This document shows positions 26,046-38,637 of a DNA stretch of 64,000 bases, one piece after another. The notes under the pieces are model-generated. The model saw only the letters and a list, made by a program, of their open reading frames with translations, ran no database searches and was not told where the DNA came from. This DNA comes from Dimorphilus gyrociliatus (taxonomy: Eukaryota > Animalia > Annelida), in the NCBI GenBank assembly GCA_904063045.1, contig CAJFCJ010000007.1, forward strand, positions 2,983,404 to 3,047,403, given 5' to 3'. Position numbers and translations under genes: made by a program. Each line of letters opens with the position of its first letter. The first letter of the stretch is position 1.

Positions 26046-28419
26046 CTATTTATGATTGTCTTCTAAATGTTTGAACACGTTTGAAGTCATATCTCGACGA
26101 GGTTCTTGCGGTGGTTTAACATTAGCTAATAGTTTCCGAGCATAATCGTTGTTGTGCAAGCCAGCGTCTCTTAGTTGTTGCTCTATCTTAAATCTTGGAT
26201 CGTTAGTTATTTGCTTGGACGTGAAGGAATTTAATTCGAATAGCGGTTGTTTTATACAAGCCTCTTCATTAGATTGTAAATGCTCTTTCCAAGCCTTTGT
26301 CTCCCCACGCAGCCTCTCTCCGTCGGCCTTGACCGTCGGTCGAACCTGTTATGTCGTTAGAAAATACACTAGAGGCAAAGAATTACAAATCATACCTTTT
26401 GACGTAATATTTCCAAGATCTTTTCTTTTTCTTCAATATCAGCTTGTCTTTCTTTTTCTTTTTCTTCTTTAATATTCTGCTTCTCCTTGAAAACATCTTC
26501 CCTAAATTTAACACGTTCTCTATCATATTCTGCCTGCTCTGATAAATGCTTTCTTAGTTCTTCTAATTTTCTCGCCTCTTCTTCCTTTCTTTCTTTCATT
26601 AAGATATCTTTTTCTTCTTTATAATATATTATCTATGGTCAAAAGTTGTTTGTAGTTTTTTATTAGATATATTCAATTGCGAAAATTTTATCAATTACTT
26701 TCTGCTTATCAGCTTGACGTTTTAATGATTCTCTCTCTTCCTCTATTTTCATTTTCTCTTCGATTTCTTTCTGTTTGTTCATTGCGTGCTGTTGTTCTAA
26801 TTTTAGTAACTCCATTTTCTCTTCTCTCCAATTCCTTACTTTCTCTGATAACTCTTCACAAACAGCTCTTTGATTTTCTTTATAAGCATCTTTCATTGTT
26901 TCTAGCTCATACACGACGCATGCCTCCGCAAATGTTACCTGTACATCGATAATTTATATATACATACTATTTCTGCAAGTGCTATTTCGATTATCTACTA
27001 ACTTTGGCTTTATTTAACAACTCTTTTCTATCTCTACTCCAATCATTAGTTAACGCCTTCTTCCTCTCCAAGTAGTACTTGTAAGCTATCCACCAAGATT
27101 CATGATTAACCTGTATGTAGAACAGGTGATTAGAATATGAAAACTTTGCAATTGTTTATGTTACAAGGTCCGTTCGAGATTTCTTGGGAAACTGCCTCTT
27201 CAGCCTATCCATATATAAAGTTCTTCTATTCGGTAGGTCGCTGGTGTATTGATCAATTACATGAACAAAGTTCATATGTTCGTCTGTATTCCAACCTCCA
27301 GTATCTCCTTGACTATATGTGACAATAGTCAATATGCTTATTTATAGTTGGGTTTATTTTAATACTGACCTAATATAGAGATTTAGTCTATCATGTAACT
27401 CTGACAATTTCTCATTGTATTTTTCGTCAATGATTATGAATTCTTTTAAAACTTCAGCTTTTAAAGTTAAGTTGGGGCACTCCAGATCAAAAGCTGCTTG
27501 CGGTATACCTTCGAAAGCAGCCATTGATAAATAAGACTTTTGATTAGATGGATCTAGTAATGAGAATACATTAGCCAAAACTTTTATTATCACAATAAAC
27601 AATAGAATGTTACTCGAAAGGCTTGCTAATTCGGCTTGCAATTTATTATAGTTATTTTCTAGCCTAAGTAAGACTTCTTGCTGTTGCTTTCTAACATTTT
27701 CAATAGTTTCAGTTACATCACGATGTGCTCTTTTATACTCCTTATCCTTTCTGACGTTACGATTCTCATGCAACCAAAATTTAACATCTTCCCTATTAAG
27801 ATATATCCAAGACTATTTAATTAAGAAAGCATGCATATATTAAGTTTATTATACAACCTTAACTCCCATATTCTATCTGAAGTTTCGCTTTTAAACTTTA
27901 AGAAATCACCGTCAATTTTAAATGATTCACTTTCAATTTGAGAGAAAAAAAAGCTATTTTCTTCGCAATTATTTACAAAAACGTCTAAAGAACGTTCAAT
28001 TTCTCGCCTATTAGAACTTAATCTTGCTATTTCTGCTTGCCAGACTCTTTTATGCTGCTTCATTTGGTTATTTTCCCTATTCTGTTAAAAATAAATATAG
28101 ACAAGTTTTTGTTTTTTGCAGAAAATTAATATCTATATATATTTATATAGTAAATTACTTCAATACTGTTGTTTTGCAGTTGTTTAATCTTCTCATATTG
28201 TTTAAGACCAGCTAATTTTTTCTCAGCTGCAAGAGTTTTCAGCTTTTCATAATCTACTTGCTTATATTTATCACTGAAAAGGCCAGATTTTGCTCGACAA
28301 GCCAGAGCTATAACAAGTCATATACTTTCAATATATGTTTATACTTTATTTATAATATATATACCAGATCTATCTCTTGTACGAGATGTTTGAAAATTTG
28401 TCAAGTTCGAAGGATTCAT
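26046..28419 (-). CDS. CCDC148: Coiled-coil domain-containing protein 148 (multi-exon)
   Basis: Spliced minus-strand exons give KYKQVDYEKLKTLAAEKKLA, KQHKRVWQAE, GGWNTDEH...RRTLYMDRLKRQFPKKSRTDL, RERVKFRED and PLFELNSF...DPRFKIEQQLRDAGLH..YA...PPQEPRRDM.SNVF. All match CCDC148 as I recall it. ATG at 28419, stop at 26046. Confidence 0.9.
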
Positions 28420-29136
28420 TCACCTTTTATCGCTCGACAATTTTAGAGTTTGAAAATTAGTAACGTTATACTTTCTGTTACAGTTTCTTAGAGTTAGTAA
28501 TTATATCAATACAATTACATATCCGACACTTGATAATCTAATTATCAAAGTATTAAGGTTTTAAATGAAGTAGAAAAAATAGAATTTTTCTTTGTTTTCG
28601 ACGTTCGTAAAGAATTTGACAATAAACACAAAACCAAAATGTTAAACTGGTATATAAATCAAATCCGATTTAAATATTTAGAACAAAATCAGTACATTTA
28701 AGAAAATTAGATAGAAAAAGAATACATTATCTCTAATATTAGTATTTAATTTTCTCATTGTTTGTTTTTGTAAACAGACTCTCATATTAATACTTTGAAA
28801 CGAAAAAGATATTATATAATTACTTAATATCACGTAAAAGAAGATAATAAGCTTTAAAATGTGTTCGCAAATAGTTTCTAATTTATTCATACAGTATATT
28901 ACTTCTAAACGAATAATAGTGATACATTGAGTTTTGTAGTTATAGGTTCAAAACAACAATATTTAAAAAATAAACATAGTTTAGACATTCGGCGGATGGT
29001 TACAACAGGAATATTAATTTAGTATATTTATTACGTAATAAAGACAACTGGTATATTTTCAAAACTATGGAAGATACGATTTGTGAGTGACAAGCTACAG
29101 AAAATTTTGTCTGGACAACTACTGGATTCCTGGATT

Positions 29137-30292
29137 CTATGAAACTGCAGTACTCATTGTTGAAGTATCTTCCACTCTTTGACCTCTAAATGTTTTCCCG
29201 CTTAGTAAAGATATTATTCCACTTCGAAATTTTTTTTGATAACAGGCATAAACAATCGGATTTGAAAAAGTCGATATTACAATTAAAGCTTGTTTAAGCG
29301 TTTGAAGGGTTGAACCAATTTCCGAACTATCATCAGTTCCAGTAACTTCTTCCATAGTGAAAAATACAAAGAATGGCAACCAAAGTATTGCAAAAAGTGC
29401 GGTAGCCGTAAAGATCATTTTTGCTACCCTCACTCTAGCTTTAAATACTGCTCCTTTAACTTCAGATCCTGGACCATCTCTTCCTTCTGACTTTGAAAAA
29501 TTCCAAAGAAATCTAATAATTAAACCATAATTACATGATATAATAACCAAAGGTAAAACGTAACCAACAAATACAAGTATGCTGGCGTAGATAGTTTCAA
29601 AATTTTCCTATAAAGAATTTACTCTTATTTATCATTCAAATATACAATTGAATATGCATAAAAACAAAGACCTCTATTCCGTGAGAACCGCAAGATATTT
29701 CAGTTTTATTCTCTTCTTCTTCAAATTTTAAATATGTACTATATTCGTAGATCTGAGGTCCAGCGCTTATAACTGACAGAGCCCATACAATACTGATTAT
29801 AATGACTTTATGATGTATTTCTCTCAGGTGAACATTCTTTATTATTGCCAAAACTCTCTCAAAACTAAGAATTTAAATAGATAAATGAAATAGAACGTAT
29901 GTTGTTAATTACCTCATTGCAGTCATTGTAAAAATGGACGACGAAATACTAAGCATAGGAGTAAACATCATTATCTTACAAACGGCATCGGCTATGATAG
30001 AAAAAGGAATTAAAAATACAACTAAAAAATACAATTTAATTGTTTACAAACTTCCGACAAAATCATCTGAGCTAGACAGAGCTTGAGCTAATTTAGTTGG
30101 GACACCAATTGCAGATAATAATAAATCTGCAATCGCTAAGTTACCCATTAAAATTTCGGTTGTACCATGAAATCTTCTATCAAAGATGACTAAAACAATA
30201 ATAAACAGGCTGACAATACTTGCAATAACGCATAGTATTAATAGAACAACTACTCCAGTTTTATTTTCCAATCCTTCGTTAGTGGAAGTCAT
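29137..30292 (-). CDS. Rhodopsin-family (class A) neuropeptide-type GPCR, galanin/allatostatin/RFamide-receptor-like, ligand unknown
   Basis: Five exons. NLAIADLL (TM2), VCK, FERV (DRY position), VWALS, YVLPL (TM5), FAILWLPF (TM6), NPIVY (TM7) and helix 8 KKFR. Confidence 0.9.
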
Positions 30293-31499
30293 GACGCTAA
30301 TATTATAGGTAAAAGAGGTCTCTACTTAAATAAGATGTGATATACTATGCTAATGTATACTGCATATCTGGGGGCTTAAGGAAAAGCGCTATATATAAGT
30401 ATAAATGTATGTATGTATATATATACTGTATATACTAATATATATATAAATCAGTGTATAGCAAAAAAGTACCGTAGAATAATAAACTAATATTAACATA
30501 TAAAGAGGAAAACCTTTCTTTATACGCCCCATTCATTTGTATGAAACCTCAATAGTCACGTGTTAGGTAGATTGGTTGACCCGTATAAACTGAAGCAATT
30601 TAGTACTACTCTATTCTTAAATAAATTTAACTTGTCTTCAAAAGAAAACATATATTAGATAACTTAGTATCAGCGTTAGGGTTTATATATTATTCAGTAA
30701 CATTTCGTTCATATGTTTATCGCTTAAGCTAATTACTACTACGAATTAGTTATTAAATACGATTTCCTCTCCCAAAGAAAGAAACTATAGCAATATTATA
30801 GGCTTAACGTTAGAAATTTATACAGTGTAATTTAAGAATCTAGCATTTAAGTATATACAATCAATATCAAAAATTTCAGCTTCTAATCAACAAAATTATC
30901 TGGTTTTAGACAAAAAGAGTACAAGAGATGAACATTCTGATAATAGTTTACAGTTTGATAGAAATTCTGTAATACATATAGATATATGCCTACTTTATTA
31001 AAAATATACACTCAAATATTGTATAAACGATGCTTAGTTTGTTTTTTTCTCCCTATAATTAAGTAGGATGTACTAGAATTACAAACCACAGATGACGCTA
31101 TAAATGGTCAATGAACAATACTGTTATCGAAAGAATCTTATCTCTCTCTCTAGTCCTTAAACAATATGGTAAAAAAAATAGGGATAGAGAAGAGCAAGAT
31201 AGACATATTGAAAAAAACAGTAATGCAGAAACATCTATATATATATACATATATATATATACTTTTATTCACAATATATAATACATACTTGAAGATTAAA
31301 GGTAGAGAGATAGAAATTAGAAATCAAAGCGTTTGCTACTAAAAAAGTTAGTCAACAACTAATTATAGAATAATTCAAATAATAAGAAATTAAAAAGGAT
31401 AAAGTAATAAAAAGAGATTAAAGTAAATAAAAACAACAACAAATTAAAACAATAAAATTAAAAGAATAGAGCGAGAAACGGAGAAATAACCAACTAAGC

Positions 31500-31685
31500 G
31501 GCGTTTCAATCCGGTGCCAAATAGTCGACGCAAACGCAAACATGGTCATTACGTAATAAGTCAACAAAATCCTTCTTGTTTGCGTATAAATTTTGGACAT
31601 AGGCCTAGGAAAGAGTAAAGGTCGACCTCGGCACTCTGACAAACAATTCATGGCGATATTGTAGAAAGCACAATCGTCTTAAACG
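31500..31685 (+). other. Candidate non-coding 5' exon of HNF4 containing a 4-codon uORF (MAIL*)
   Basis: Strong donor AACG|GTGAGT at 31686 in a GC-richer island. There is no in-frame ATG. The 5' boundary is approximate. Confidence 0.4.
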
Positions 31686-32253
31686 GTGAGTAGTTTTAAG
31701 TAGTTAGTATATATTTATATGATTTGAAATGATGGTATATGGTATATATAAAGAAATATATACCATTTACAGGTAGAATAGAATAGAATGATCATGAATA
31801 ATAATAGTAAATAATTGATTTAGTGGTAAAGATTTAAATATAGTGCATGTGTTTACACATACAGTATATATATATATATATATAAATTTATATATAGATA
31901 TATAGATATGTAGATATATATGTGGTACGTTAAAAAGATGTAAGCGTAGACACGTATTAACAGATAAAAAGATGGCTAAATAGATAATTATAGGTATACG
32001 TGGTGGATTAACAACTGTTCATGCGCTTTATTGCTTCAAAACAACAGAAAATATCTCAATTTGTAAAAGGGATTTGCTGCTATATGTTTTGTTAATCGCT
32101 TTATGTTTAATAACTAATTGTTTGTTATTTAGAAAAGAGATATTTTAGAATTAGTACATGTTCAATTTTTCTCTAACCGCACGTTATCTCGTCGTCTTTT
32201 GATAAGAACGAAACAATTATCTAATCCGTATCGAAAGTCGCTCTTTCGCAACG

Positions 32254-35200
32254 ATGGACGCGATCAAGCTAGAAGGAGTGGACGACTACTACGAGGTCTG
32301 GAAGGACGACATGCACGGTTCGTAGCAAAAAAAAATCTACTGTCCAAAAGTGTAACAGCCGGAGTAAAAACAATTACAATGCAGTATGGAATTACAGACG
32401 GTCGCATAATAAAACGCAGGGTGTGTTGTTTGTTCTCTATACGTGTCCTCTTTGCACTAGTCTCCTTCTCATCCGTTCGTTCATCCTCTTCTCCTTCTTT
32501 CTGATAATTCTTCTTTTCATATTTGTTCTAACTTGGATAATTCAAGAGAAGATATCCGGAATTAATTTCATAGAGTGTAACTATTCCAAAAATTCTTAGT
32601 TTATCTATATAAAACTTTTTAAAAGTTAGACCGTTGACAAAAATCGAACTAAATAAGTATATTGATTAATTATTAAGAGAGTAAGATAAAAATCTGAACG
32701 ATTGAGGTAAATAACTTACGAGAGAGAGAGAGAGAGAAAGAGATACTGAGTAAATAATTGGAAAAGATGAGAAAAAGAGAGATTAAGAAGGAGAGAAAGA
32801 AAAATACAGAGACATAGACAGACAGACAGACAGAGAGAGAGAGAGAAGGAAAGATTACAGGCCTATATAATCCTTGTAGTATACATTTATATATCTCACA
32901 ATATACTTATAACATGTACGTAGAACAAATACGGGCCGAGTGCTGATTGGATGTCGCTCTTTTCGGTAGTGTAGAGATTTCATTGTCTCTTTTCCCAAAA
33001 CCGCCTGAGAAACGGATCAGGATGCAGCAAGTGGACGAACGCCCTTATTACGAATGGATGAAGATCCCAATGCCTGCAGGTAGACGAATGAGGAAATTTG
33101 TATACAATACTTATATAGAGACCTTTGCCGGTGCATAGTTCATGCATATATTTTAGATATTGAACTTTGCTTCTATTATTTCCATTATCTAATAACATAA
33201 TCTTCTAAATACTGTTTATGAAAATTTAAGAACTAAAATTTTGGGAAGAAAAAGAGAGCACATTTTCTCATGTATATATTTACGCTTAGAATATCTTTAC
33301 TTGTCTTTAAAGCAAATAATTACTGTCTTATCGTTTATCTCTTATCGTCAACTGCATACATATATATAGGATGCGAGCCCGGACGGGATGAGAATGCGAG
33401 ATGTATTAGATTTCTTTCTCCTGCGCGTTACGTAATCGCCAACAATGAAGAATACATTGGTTCTTTGACGAGCTTTTTAATAGGAAACGTTTTTAGACGT
33501 ATGTGTTACTCTGTGTGATGTTGTCAAATGATGCATCCACTTATCCCGCTAGAATTGTATATGTTCGTACTAAAATGTATTCAATGTAGTAAAGGTATAT
33601 AGATAGAGATGTTAACCTATATCGGTTGTTAAAATTCATGCGAAAATGAAGTTAATATCGCGCAGGTAGCTAGGCTTAGCATCATATAAGAAAGGAGGCT
33701 CTGATAAAGCTCTCTTTTTTTATCTGAAAATGATCGTCGATAAACGAAGATAATCCCAATTCGAATGTTCCACGGCAGACAGATAAGATGATTTTGAGAT
33801 AGTTGAAATGCGAAGATAACGATTTTTCATAAAAAGCTTCAATAAGTCGTTTATCATTTTTTTCGTCGCTTGGAAAAGATCGAGTTATTTTACTTATAAA
33901 AGTTAGATCGATTGACAATTATCCCTACTTTTTCATAAAATCTTTTCATTTCTATTCTTACCTATCTCATTCTCTTTAACTCGATAATTATTAAATATTC
34001 GTTTACCCTACTAAATTTTCTACTTTTACTGTTTCTTATTCCTCCTCTTCTCTCATTCTCTATCAATATATTTATCTCTCTCTCTCTCCTCTCTTTGGAG
34101 ACATTTAAAACATTATCGAAAATATTATTTCAATCCCACCCTCTTATCATTATCGTAACCATTCTTATTATTTTCTAATTTTATATCTTTCAATTGTATC
34201 GTTGTTGTTGTTGTTTTTTAATGTTTTTGCACAAATATTTGTTTCAATTTGTCAATTGTAAATTAAATTTTGTCGAAGAAATAAGCGAAAATATCTATAA
34301 TGAAGTTTTTCGATATTATGAAATCAGTTGAGGAAGATTTGGATTTTAAAGAAGGTTGTCTTGTAAACTTAATCGTTTTAAGTTTTTTTTTTTATATTAA
34401 ATCTCATAGTTATTAATTTATATTTACTTTGTTTTTTTTAGTATTCTATTACCTTATTGCATGAAAAATTTCTCTAATCTATTTCTGCCATTGATTAGCA
34501 TCTTATTTCAATATATTTTTGTAATTGCAGATGGAATATCAGAAGTAACAATGGCGAATGAAAATGCACAGCTAAATCGTTTATCACCCATCTCTCAAAT
34601 TGGTTAGTTATTATTTTCTTCTATTTAAATATGCTTTTATGTAAATGTACATGTTAAAATTCATGTATGTATATACTGTATATATATATATACATATATA
34701 TACTTAGGCCATTTTTTTATTAGTAATGAAACAAGGACTATTCGAAACAGACACTCCAATTAATTCGGATGTTAGTTTCGCTCAAATGACGACCGTTCAC
34801 GAACCAACTCCACCAACCTCTTCAACTCCTCTTTTAGCAGGTATAATTTTATTTAAAAAAAAGACAAAAAGACGCTTATTCGATAAGAAAGAAACAGGGA
34901 TAGATGTACTCAATCCTTTTTTCCTTCTTTACCAAATTCTATATGTGCTTCTGTTCTTCGAATGGATATATTTCTTTTTTTTTCTATTGCACAAGCTATT
35001 AAAGTTTATAGGGCTACAATAAGAATGAAAACCTTATACATTCGTTGATCGTTTCAATTGTCTAAAAGAATAGTGCAGAAATAAACTGACCTACTTTTCG
35101 ATCTTTCTTATCGCTATTATATTCGTCAACTAGAAAAAAATTTTTTTTCCTGTCGCAAGAACAGACTTACTTTCTCATTCAAACTGTTTTAACCGTCTAG

Positions 35201-37133
35201 TATATCTAGTACGTATAGACCTAATTTATTGTAAATCTAAAACTAATGAATTATGTTTTATGTTCAAATTAATAAAAACACCTATCCAAAATGTAAACTA
35301 CTCTCTTTCGTAATAATCGATGAGCTGGACTGGTCTTTTTTTTTTACTAGTTATTATCAGGTATTCAGTTAGGGCCGAATGTCCTCGGGAAGGACTTTGA
35401 TAAGACTAAAGTTCAAGTACCGATAAATAAAAATGATTGAAACAATCAGTAATCATTGTATTCGCTTACAGATGACATGCATATGACGACACACGTGCCT
35501 GTTTCGACGCCGTCGACGGCCGCTCACTACTGTTCTATATGCGGTGATAGGGCTACAGGAAAGCACTAGTAAGTACTTAACCCTTGTCATTTCCTATGGA
35601 TTTATACTAGATGGCGCTCTTTTACAGTGGAGCCGCGAGTTGTGACGGCTGTAAGGGTTTTTTTCGAAGATCCGTAAGAAAGAATCACGTATATACTTGC
35701 CGTTTTCAAAGAAGTTGTATTGTGGATAAGGACAAAAGGAATCAATGTCGTTATTGCCGTTTGAAGAAATGCTTCCGGGCCGGTATGAAAAAAGAAGCCG
35801 TACAAAATGAAAGAGATAGGATAAGTGTTAGAAGACCGAGCTATGATGATCAGAATCATAACTCAGCCCTATCCGTACAAAATTTAACAAATGCGGAATT
35901 ACTGTCGAGGCAGGTTAGCCCGGTAATAAGAAATTATTTGTTGATTGATAGCTTATTTGTTTCCTCCGATGCATTTTTTGCGCTTTAATTTTTGCTTATA
36001 TTTTAATTATAAGATAATCAGATATAAGTAGAATGTAGATATATATATATATATACAAAAAACGCTTATTTACATTTGTAATTGTATGGCTCCTATAAAC
36101 ACTTTGTTGATCGTTCTTTTTCATATCTTAGAATTTTTCGTTTCTCCCATTACAGCAATTATCCGCTCATGTCAGCAATCCGCAGGATATCCGAAATAAG
36201 AAGGTAGCCACAATAAACGACGTTTGTGATTCAATGAAACAACAATTGCTCATACTGGTCGAGTGGGCTAAATACATTCCGTCATTCTGCGAGCTACCTT
36301 TGGATGATCAAGTCGCTTTGCTCAGAGCTCACGCCGGGGAACATTTACTATTAGGAGTGGCAAGACGATCTCTACTTCTGAATGATGTACTTTTACTTGG
36401 AAACGATTTAATTATACCGAGAACAGCCCAACAAGAGATTGAGATTTCTCAAGTTGCTACAAGGGTAATCGATGAGATAGTTAAGCCGATGAGGGAAGTA
36501 CAAATGGACGATACGGAATTTTCATGCTTGAAAGCTATTGTTTTCTTTGATCCTGACGCTAAAGGTCTTACCGATACGCAAAAGGTCAAAAACATACGCT
36601 GGCAAATTCACGTAAATTTGGATGATTATATTAACGATAGACAATACCAGTCTAGAGGAAGATTTGGGCAAATTTTACTACTTTTGCCCTCTTTGCAGTC
36701 AGTTACTGCTCAAATGATAAGCTTGATTCAATCTGCTAAGCTTTTTGGGCTTGCTAAAATTGACAATCTTCTGCAAGAAATGCTTCTCGGTGAGACTGGA
36801 GATTTGGAAAGTTCTCTGACTCCACCCACTATAAGACATCAAGGAATGATGCAATTGGCAACCCCAGACCTGATTCAAATGCATGGAAGAGGTGTTCAGG
36901 TAAATAAAAAACAGCTGAGACATAAAAACATGTCGGCAAACCTTCGAACTTAGTATTTTTTTAAAAGAAAAAAAAAGTCCTTAAATAAGATTTTGTTATT
37001 TTTCATTCGAACTTAATAGGGACCAGCTGTAACTGTGATGTCATCGGATGGTCTAACAGAGCTTCAACCAAGAAATCCATCACCACCAGTCGAAAATCGA
37101 TTAAATGGTCATGGTACACCTTCACCATCATAG
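32254..37133 (+). CDS. HNF4: Hepatocyte nuclear factor 4 (NR2A); first exon uncertain (see findings)
   Basis: [42 protein letters not shown]...[46 protein letters not shown]...[14 protein letters not shown]...LLQEMLLG. Exons at 34531-34602, 34724-34840, 35472-35568, 35627-35913, 36155-36899 and 37021-37133. Confidence 0.97.
35391..35448. promoter_or_regulatory. Candidate intronic HNF4/GATA enhancer
   Basis: CAAAGTCCT (minus) overlaps TGATAA, followed by the DR1-like AGACTA-A-AGTTCA and the inverted repeat TGATTG-AAA-CAATCA. Confidence 0.35.
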
Positions 37134-37459
37134 ACAGATAAAAACTAAACAAACAACAAACATCTTGCTGCAACAATCTCTGCAACAATCAATGCAAAAA
37201 AAAACAAACTTTATAATTATGTAGTTCTAATCATTCTTTTAAAACTTTTACGTTATTTTATTAAGAAAAACAAAACAAAACAAAACAATTCTAGCTGATT
37301 ATATACGGTTTTTTTTTCTTTGTGATAATTACTAAAAGTTATGTTTTTAATGATTTCTTTGTTTTTTATCAGTTTTATTATTTTCTGGTGTTTTGTTTCG
37401 TATATTTTACACAAACATTAATCACTGTTGCTTTGTTATTTTTCCCTTTTCTTTTAACG

Positions 37460-37462
<3 letters not shown>

Positions 37463-37497
<35 letters not shown>
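37463..37497. repeat. (TA)n microsatellite downstream of the HNF4 stop
   Basis: Direct reading, about 17 TA units. Confidence 0.95.
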
Positions 37498-37500
<3 letters not shown>

Positions 37501-38637
37501 TTATAGATCTCGGCTCATTATATATTATTTTATGCATAAAAAACAAACAAACAAGTGCTATAAGAAAGAATATTTGCACTTGAAACAGTTGTTTTTTTTT
37601 CTTTTAAAAGAATATAGATTTTTATTCCCTTATTTTCTAAAAAATTCTTTTCTTTTATAATTAATATTAGGGAAAAAACAATTCTGTTCAATGTAAACAC
37701 ATCTTCCAGCTATTTATAATAGCTGTTAATAGCTGTTTAGACGTAGTTTGAAACTTTTGCTAAATAATGTTCGTAAGGGAGACAGTTCCTTACACAATTT
37801 ACTCGGTAAAAATAGATATTGAAGGCTGAACCAGTTTTTGACGAGTCGTGTTTGTTTTCTATTGATAGATCAAATTTCCTAAACAATTCTATTTTATTGT
37901 GTTGAAGGTTATTTTAAGAAATCAAAAATCAGAATTGTATCGAAAATCGTTACTTATACGTTATTTATACATTCATCAAGATATCTTAGATTTGTTGATA
38001 TTTTCGCGCAATTCTTTTTATCCGGGAACTCTATACTATACTAAAGTTGAGTCTGTTTATTTTCACAACGACTTAGATTGATTATAAACAGTTCACATAT
38101 AGATATACCTATATTTTTTTTATAATCACTCATAACAAGCAGAAGGATTAATAATAAACTAAAAAAATCAAGGCGCATATGATAAGAAGTTACAATTGCT
38201 CAAAAAAGTTTTTAATGATATTTAAACAACGATAGTTAACTATGAAGTAGTCTTAAAACGAGTAGAAAAGATAAAAGCATAAAAAATATTTCGAGTTAAG
38301 ATATTCAATAGAAACAAAATAACGATAACTGCATATATATAAAAAAAAAGAACTAATTACACAATCCCCAATTAAATCTTAAAAAGAGATTAATAAAGCT
38401 TTTAAATCTAAAGAAAATTAATTAATAAGTAAATATGATAACTTTTAATTGAATTTTGATATTTGAAGTGTATTTAATAATATAATTAATAACTAGTGCG
38501 GTTCACAATACTTTCAATTCTTTCTCTTTATCTATATTAGTAACTAATTTGACTGTTTATAGTACAAAGATTATGTAAGAATATTAAAAAAGTTTGTCTT
38601 TTTTATAATATTATTATTTGTATTCATTTCATTTCCC

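Noticed and set aside
26149-27322. Plus-strand ORFs of 61-107 aa over CCDC148, and similar antisense ORFs over the PKD1-like, KNDC1 and FAM210B genes
   Set aside because: These are shadow frames of real coding exons on the other strand or frame, with no independent motifs.
31739-31766. Hairpin ATGGTATATAT-aaagaa-ATATATACCAT in the HNF4 5' region
   Set aside because: It is mostly TA low-complexity sequence, with no evidence for an RNA gene or MITE.
32199-32504. 101-aa TTG-initiated ORF
   Set aside because: It is better explained by overlap with candidate HNF4 first exons in another frame, and it runs into CT-rich low complexity.
37322-37660. 112-aa hydrophobic ORF with YIYIYI
   Set aside because: It is a translation of T-rich 3' UTR and the (TA)n microsatellite.
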